This document shows, one piece after another, positions 59,103 to 64,000 of a stretch of 64,000 bases of DNA. The stretch is from Rhodospirillaceae bacterium (lineage in GTDB: Bacteria > Pseudomonadota > Alphaproteobacteria > CACIAM-22H2): contig JAIXXA010000035.1 of NCBI GenBank assembly GCA_027490975.1, positions 9,164 to 73,163 of the forward strand, in the 5' to 3' direction. The stretch's first letter is position 1, and each line of letters starts with the position of its first letter. The notes under the pieces are model-generated. The model did no database searches and had not been told where the DNA came from. It saw nothing but the letters and a program-made list of their open reading frames with translations. A program made the translations under genes and the position numbers.

Positions 59103-59845
59103 GCCTTCACGAACAGCAGATAGAGCCCGTAGCCGAGATACCAAAGGCTCACGGCATTGACGATGCCGTCGGCCCAGCGGCGGAACGCGACGTCTTTCAT
59201 GCGCTCGAGCACGAGGCCGCCGAGGCTCGTGCCCAGCACCGCCATCGCGATCGCGACGGCGAGCACGTGCGGTTCTTCGAACACGACATCGTCGATCAAC
59301 GCGCCGAAATAGACGAGCTTGGCGAAATGGCCGAAACTCTGCACGGCCGACTTGGTCGCCACGATCTCGCGCCGGTCGAATTTGCCGCGCAGGAAAAACG
59401 CGTCGAGCATCGGGCCTGCCACGCCCGTCATCAGAATGGCGGTCATGCAGATGGCGCCGTAGAGCACGGCGTCGAGCCGGTTTTCGGGCCGCCCCTGCCA
59501 CGCATCGGGCACGAGGCGCACCGCAAACGGGATGAGGCCCAGCAGCACAAACGCGTGCGCGCGCTCGGGCACGTACAAAAACAGCGACCACAGCAACACG
59601 GCACCGAGTGCGCCCGCCACATAGAACGAAGCCGTCGCGATGCGGATATGGCGCCGCCACATGAAGGCGCGCGACAGGTTGGCCGCGATCTGCGTGGCGC
59701 CGTGCAAAGCCATGGCGGCGGGGACCGGCATGAAGCTCAGCAGCACGCCGATCAGAATGACCCCGCCCGCCATGCCGAAGATCCCGGACAGGATCGACGT
59801 GCCTACGACCAAGGCCGCAAAGCCCGCAAGCACAAGCGGCGTCAT
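59099..59845 (-). CDS. sulfite exporter TauE/SafE family protein
   Basis: 248 aa, 7-8 TM, duplicated 4-TM halves with GxGGG-like motifs (GMAGGVILIGVLL, GTSLGGLVL). Confidence 0.8.
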   Translation of the reverse strand: MTPLVLAGFAALVVGTSILSGIFGMAGGVILIGVLLSFMPVPAAMALHGATQIAANLSRAFMWRRHIRIATASFYVAGALGAVLLWSLFLYVPERAHAFVLLGLIPFAVRLVPDAWQGRPENRLDAVLYGAICMTAILMTGVAGPMLDAFFLRGKFDRREIVATKSAVQSFGHFAKLVYFGALIDDVVFEEPHVLAVAIAMAVLGTSLGGLVLERMKDVAFRRWADGIVNAVSLWYLGYGLYLLFVKA

Positions 59846-59854
59846 CGCGCAGCT

Positions 59855-60109
59855 TCAGGCAATTGCGAGACGGGCGTCGAGAAAACGGTGGCCGGTTTGC
59901 GTGACGCTGACGACTTCCAAACCGTCGGTGCCCGCGCTGCGGGCCACGAAGCCGCGCTCGAAGGCCTCCTCCCACACTTGCAGGCGCGGACAGCTCGTGC
60001 GCCAGACTTCGATGGATTCGCGGTAGCTGTGGGGCTCGCGCGCGAGCCATTGCAGCATGTCGCTCAACAGCGACTCGACATTCTGATCTGCCGCATTTTG
60101 GTTTGGCAT
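59855..60109 (-). CDS. hypothetical small protein (84 aa) immediately upstream of the TauE gene
   Basis: Start MPNQNAADQN preceded by AAGGGG SD. Stop is 9 nt before the tauE ATG. Non-repetitive sequence, unlike the surrounding antisense noise. Confidence 0.35.
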   Translation of the reverse strand: MPNQNAADQNVESLLSDMLQWLAREPHSYRESIEVWRTSCPRLQVWEEAFERGFVARSAGTDGLEVVSVTQTGHRFLDARLAIA

Positions 60110-60178
60110 GGTCCCCTTCTGGCCGTTGCGATCAGGAGATAGCTTTGGCATGGTGCGCCATCTCGAAAGGAAACGCAA

Positions 60179-61699
60179 ATGGCCGCCATCGCACCGGACC
60201 GCACGATCGGCATTGTCGGCGCCGGCGCCATGGGGTCGGGCATCGCGCAAGTCGCGGCAATGGCAGGGCACCGCGTGCGGCTGTTCGACCGGCGCGACGG
60301 GGCCGTGGACAGCGCCATTGCCGCGATGGCCAAAACCTTCGACGGGCTCGTCGCCAAAGGCAAACTCGCGGCCGACAAGGCCGAGGCCACGCTCGGCCGC
60401 ATCGAGCCCGCCGAGACGCTCGCCGATTTCGACGTGTGCGCGCTCGCGATCGAAGCCATCGTCGAAGACGTCGGCGCCAAGCGCGCGTTGTTCGCCGAAC
60501 TCGAAGCGATCGTGGCCCCGGACTGCATCCTGGCGAGCAACACCTCGTCCTTGTCGATCTCGGCCCTCGCGCGCGATCTTGCGCATCCGGGCCGCGTGGC
60601 GGGTTTCCACTTCTTCAACCCCGCCCCGCTCATGAAACTCGTCGAGATCGTCTCGGGCCTCGGCACCGACGACGCGACGGCCGCAACCTTGTGCGACACG
60701 GCGCGCAGCTGGGGCAAAACGCCGGTGCGCGCGATCTCCACGCCGGGCTTCGTCGTCAATCGCTGTGCGCGGCCTTTCTACGGCGAAGCGCTGCGCCTGC
60801 TGGGCGAACGCGCGGTCGATGCCGCCACGCTCGACGCCGTGATGTGCGAAGCGGGCGGCTTCAAGATGGGGCCGTGCGCGCTCATGGATCTGATCGGCCA
60901 CGACATCAACTTTGCCGTCACGAACGCGGTCTATGCCGCCACCTTCAACGATCCGCGCTATCTGCCCGCCCATGTGCAGAGCGAGATGGTCGCGGCCGGC
61001 CATCTCGGGCGCAAAAGCGGGCGCGGGTTTTTCGCCTACGGCCCGGGTGCGGAAAAACCGACGATCTCGAGCGAACCGCCCGCACCCAAGCCCGCGCAAG
61101 TCACGCGCGAGGGCGACGACGAACGGCTCGAACCTTTGCTGGCGCGCGCCAAAGAGGCAGGCCTGTTCGTGCATCGCCGCCCGGCAACCGAAGCAGGCCC
61201 GCGCCTTCTCGTGGACGGCACGGTCTTGCATCTCTCCGACGGGCGCAGCGCCACCCAGCGCGCACGCGACACGGGCGAAAACGAGCTGGCCCTGTTCGAC
61301 TTGGCGCTCGACTACGCAACCGCGACCCGCATTGCGATTGCGGTCGCCGACCAAGCGACGGGCCAGGCGGCCGTCTCGGCCGCCGGCTTCTTCCAGGCGA
61401 TGGGGGTTCCGGTGTCGCTGGTCGACGATGCGCCGGGGCTTGTGGTGCTGCGCACGGTGGCCATGCTCGTCAACGAAGCGCTCGACATGGCGCAGCACGG
61501 CGTGGCCAGCCCCGAAGACATCGATCTTGCGATGACGCTCGGCGTGAACTACCCGCGCGGGCCGTTCGCCTGGGGCAACGAGATCGGCCTCGACCTCGTC
61601 AAGACCGTGCTCGACAATCTCAAACGCCATTACGGCGAAGACCGCTACCGCGCCAGCCCGCGCCTCAACCGCCTTGTCGCCAGGGAATCCGCATCATGA
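60179..61699 (+). CDS. paaH: 3-hydroxyacyl-CoA dehydrogenase with duplicated C-terminal domain (PaaH/3-hydroxyadipyl-CoA DH-like)
   Basis: IGIVGAGAMGSGIAQV Rossmann motif, C-terminal domain present twice, 506 aa. AAAGGAAA SD. Confidence 0.8.
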   Translation: MAAIAPDRTIGIVGAGAMGSGIAQVAAMAGHRVRLFDRRDGAVDSAIAAMAKTFDGLVAKGKLAADKAEATLGRIEPAETLADFDVCALAIEAIVEDVGAKRALFAELEAIVAPDCILASNTSSLSISALARDLAHPGRVAGFHFFNPAPLMKLVEIVSGLGTDDATAATLCDTARSWGKTPVRAISTPGFVVNRCARPFYGEALRLLGERAVDAATLDAVMCEAGGFKMGPCALMDLIGHDINFAVTNAVYAATFNDPRYLPAHVQSEMVAAGHLGRKSGRGFFAYGPGAEKPTISSEPPAPKPAQVTREGDDERLEPLLARAKEAGLFVHRRPATEAGPRLLVDGTVLHLSDGRSATQRARDTGENELALFDLALDYATATRIAIAVADQATGQAAVSAAGFFQAMGVPVSLVDDAPGLVVLRTVAMLVNEALDMAQHGVASPEDIDLAMTLGVNYPRGPFAWGNEIGLDLVKTVLDNLKRHYGEDRYRASPRLNRLVARESAS

Positions 61700-62895
61700 G
61701 CGAAGCCTATATCGTCGACGGAGTCCGCACGCCGATCGGCCGCTACGGCGGCGCCCTCTCGGGCGTGCGCACCGACGATCTGGCGGCCGCACCGCTGCGC
61801 GAACTCGTGCGGCGCAATGCGGGCGTGGATTGGACGATGGTCGACGACGTCGTCTATGGCTGCGCCAACCAGGCGGGCGAAGACAACCGCAACGTCGCGC
61901 GCATGGCGCTGCTGCTGGCGGGTCTGCCGGTCGAGATTTCGGGCACCACCATCAACCGGCTGTGCGGCTCGGGCCTCGATGCGCTCGCGTATGCCGCGCG
62001 CGCGATCCGTTCCCGCGAATGCGAGCTCGTCGTTGCGGGCGGCGCGGAAAGCATGAGCCGCGCGCCCTTCGTCATGCCCAAATCGGAAACCGCGTTCGGG
62101 CGCGAGCCGGCGATCTTCGACACCACGATCGGCTGGCGCTTCGTCAATCCGCTGATGAAACAGATGCACGGCATCGATTCGATGCCCGAGACGGCCGAGA
62201 ACGTCGCCGCCGATTTCGCCGTGAGCCGTGCGGACCAAGACGCATTCGCGCTGCGCAGCCAGCAGCGCGCGTTGGCCGCCCAAGCGAGCGGGCGTCTGGC
62301 GCAGGAGATCGTCGGCATCGACACGCGCAAGGGCAAAGACATTGTGCGCGTCGAAACGGACGAACATCCGCGCGCCACCTCGCTCGAAGCGCTCGCCAAG
62401 CTCAAAGCGCCGTTCCGCGCGGGCGGCAGCGTCACCGCCGGCAACGCCTCGGGCGTGAACGACGGCGCGGCGGCTTTGCTCGTGGCGAGCGAAGCGATGG
62501 TCAAGCGCTTCGGCCTCAACCCGCTTGCGCGCATCGTGGGTGCTGCCGCGGCCGGCGTGCCGCCGCGCATCATGGGCATGGGGCCCGCCCCCGCCGCGCA
62601 GAAATTGCTGGCGCGTTTGGGCTGGAAGATCGCCGATCTCGACGTGATCGAACTCAACGAAGCCTTTGCCGCCCAGGCGCTCGCGGTGCTGCGCGAACTG
62701 GGCATTGCCGACGACGCCGCGCACGTGAACCCGAATGGCGGTGCGATCGCGCTCGGCCATCCGCTCGGCATGTCGGGGGCGCGACTTGCGCTGACGGCCG
62801 CACGCGAGCTCGCCAACACCGGCAAAAAACGCGCGCTTGCCACAATGTGCATCGGCGTGGGCCAGGGGATCGCCCTCGCCCTCGAACGAGCGTAG
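61696..62895 (+). CDS. paaJ: 3-oxoadipyl-CoA thiolase (PaaJ/PcaF type)
   Basis: Near-colinear identity to E. coli PaaJ (NRLCGSGLDAL, NPNGGAIALGHPLGMSGARL, CIGVGQGIA). ATGA overlap with the paaH stop. Confidence 0.9.
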   Translation: MSEAYIVDGVRTPIGRYGGALSGVRTDDLAAAPLRELVRRNAGVDWTMVDDVVYGCANQAGEDNRNVARMALLLAGLPVEISGTTINRLCGSGLDALAYAARAIRSRECELVVAGGAESMSRAPFVMPKSETAFGREPAIFDTTIGWRFVNPLMKQMHGIDSMPETAENVAADFAVSRADQDAFALRSQQRALAAQASGRLAQEIVGIDTRKGKDIVRVETDEHPRATSLEALAKLKAPFRAGGSVTAGNASGVNDGAAALLVASEAMVKRFGLNPLARIVGAAAAGVPPRIMGMGPAPAAQKLLARLGWKIADLDVIELNEAFAAQALAVLRELGIADDAAHVNPNGGAIALGHPLGMSGARLALTAARELANTGKKRALATMCIGVGQGIALALERA

Positions 62896-62909
62896 CGGCG
62901 CCGGACGCG

Positions 62910-64000
62910 ATGGGCTTCGTCTATCCGCAGTACGAGTTTCGGCAAAGCCCGGACAGCGCGGCCGCAAAACCCGTGCGCCATCCGGTTGTGGTGATCGGGG
63001 CGGGCCCTGTGGGGCTCGCAGCCGCGATCGATTTGGCGCAACGCGGCCAAAAAGTGGTGCTGCTCGACGACGACACAAGCGTGTCGCACGGCTCGCGCGG
63101 CCTGTGCTACGCCAAGCGCACGCTCGAAATCTTCGACCGCCTCGGCTGCGCCGCGCCCATCGTCGAGAAGGGCGTCACCTGGCAGGTCGGCAAAGTGTTC
63201 CACGGGCCGCGGCAGATCTACGCGTTCGATCTGCTGCCCGAGGGCGGGCATCGTTTCCCCGCATTCGTGAATCTGCAGCAATACTGGCTCGAGAAGTTCC
63301 TCGTCGACCGCGCCTTGGCGCTCGCCAATCTCGATCTGCGATTCGCAAGCAAGGTTGCCGCCCTCGAACCGCACGCCGACCATGTGGCACTCGCGATCGA
63401 AACGCCTGCGGGGGCCTATCGCATCGAAGCCGACTGGGTCGTGGCGTGCGACGGGGCGCGCAGCCCGACCCGAAAAATGCTCGGGCTCGATTTCAAAGGC
63501 CGCGTGTTCGAAGACCGGTTCCTGATCGCCGACGTGCGCATGCAGGCCGAGTTTCCGACCGAGCGTTGGTTCTGGTTCGATCCGCCGTTCCACGCGGGCG
63601 GATCGACCCTTCTGCACAAACAGCCCGACGATCTGTGGCGCATCGATTTCCAACTCGGGGCCAACGCCGATCCGACGGCCGAAAAAGACCCCGCACGCGT
63701 GATCCCGCGCGTGGCCGCGATGCTGGGGCCGCAGGTTCCGTTCGAGCTCGAATGGGTCAGCGTCTATACGTTCCAGTGCCGGCGGCTCGAGCGGCTGCGC
63801 CACGGGCGCGTGCTGTTTGCGGGCGACGCGGCCCACCAGGTGAGCCCGTTCGGCGCACGCGGGGCGAATTCCGGCGTGCAGGATGCCGACAATCTCGTCT
63901 GGAAACTCTGCGCCGTGCTCGAAGCCCGCGCGCCCGAAACACTGCTCGACAGCTACGATGCCGAGCGCGGGGCGGCTGCCGACGAGAATATCGGGCATTC
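62910..64000 (+). CDS. FAD-dependent aromatic-ring monooxygenase (3' end outside window; absent from ORF track because no stop in window)
   Basis: Translating from ATG 62910 gives VVVIGAGPVGLAAAIDLAQRGQKVVLLD (GxGxxG), DG..S and GDAAHQVSPFGARGANSGVQDADNL motifs. Confidence 0.8.
   Translation, partial: MGFVYPQYEFRQSPDSAAAKPVRHPVVVIGAGPVGLAAAIDLAQRGQKVVLLDDDTSVSHGSRGLCYAKRTLEIFDRLGCAAPIVEKGVTWQVGKVFHGPRQIYAFDLLPEGGHRFPAFVNLQQYWLEKFLVDRALALANLDLRFASKVAALEPHADHVALAIETPAGAYRIEADWVVACDGARSPTRKMLGLDFKGRVFEDRFLIADVRMQAEFPTERWFWFDPPFHAGGSTLLHKQPDDLWRIDFQLGANADPTAEKDPARVIPRVAAMLGPQVPFELEWVSVYTFQCRRLERLRHGRVLFAGDAAHQVSPFGARGANSGVQDADNLVWKLCAVLEARAPETLLDSYDAERGAAADENIGH

Noticed and set aside
56295-60050. 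1251-aa minus-strand ORF
   Set aside because: Antisense to the GGT and DUF4126 genes and runs across the tauE region in another frame. Extreme Arg/Gly bias and no recognizable domains.
59855-61630. 591-aa minus-strand ORF opposite paaH
   Set aside because: Antisense to the well-supported paaH-like gene. Only its last 84 codons, outside paaH, were kept as a tentative small gene.
1-64000. CRISPR arrays, tRNA/rRNA genes, transposases or prophage integrases
   Set aside because: No regularly spaced direct repeats and no tRNA-like TΨC motifs were seen in the larger intergenic regions, and no IS or phage proteins were found. XerD sits beside aroKB in a chromosomal context and is not an island integrase.

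Overview
High-GC (~68%) chromosomal segment, probably alphaproteobacterial, judged from its alphaproteobacterial-style gene set (cobST, an aroK-aroB/hypothetical/xerD block, dctPQM, an Mla-like transporter, and a PAS-domain family annotated in Rhizobiales). I see no transposases, phage genes or CRISPR arrays. Coordinates were derived by arithmetic from the six-frame ORF track, that is, stop position plus counted residue offset. Sequence was read only for start codons and Shine-Dalgarno motifs, so starts may be off by a few nucleotides. Many long Arg/Ala-rich ORFs in the track are antisense or out-of-frame shadows of real genes and were not called.

About 65 genes are supported. They include:
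- housekeeping genes: a thrS paralog, aroK-aroB, xerD, accA, rpmB and cobST;
- transport genes: a family-5 substrate-binding protein, the TRAP transporter dctPQM, and an Mla-like permease/ATPase/MCE/lipoprotein set with ATGA start-stop overlaps;
- a carbon-metabolism cluster of malate synthase, malyl-CoA lyase, accA and meaB;
- a beta-ketoadipyl-CoA-type thiolase and 3-hydroxyacyl-CoA dehydrogenase pair followed by a truncated FAD monooxygenase.

The most unusual content is a tightly coupled eight-gene minus-strand operon at 43579..51791. It combines sulfolactate-lyase-like split UxaA subunits, a TPP enzyme and two 2-hydroxyacid dehydrogenases with an acyl-CoA dehydrogenase, a family III CoA-transferase and a MaoC hydratase. 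A divergent HutC/GntR regulator sits behind a perfect 19-bp palindrome, and a degenerate class III nucleotidyl-cyclase-like gene follows immediately. I regard this as the best candidate for an undescribed pathway.

Other oddities:
- a threonyl-tRNA synthetase lacking its TGS domain, sitting next to a FemAB-like acyltransferase;
- a malate synthase fused to a 170-aa histone-H1-like Lys/Ala/Pro repeat;
- two large pentapeptide-repeat proteins;
- AT-rich intergenic islands carrying palindromes.
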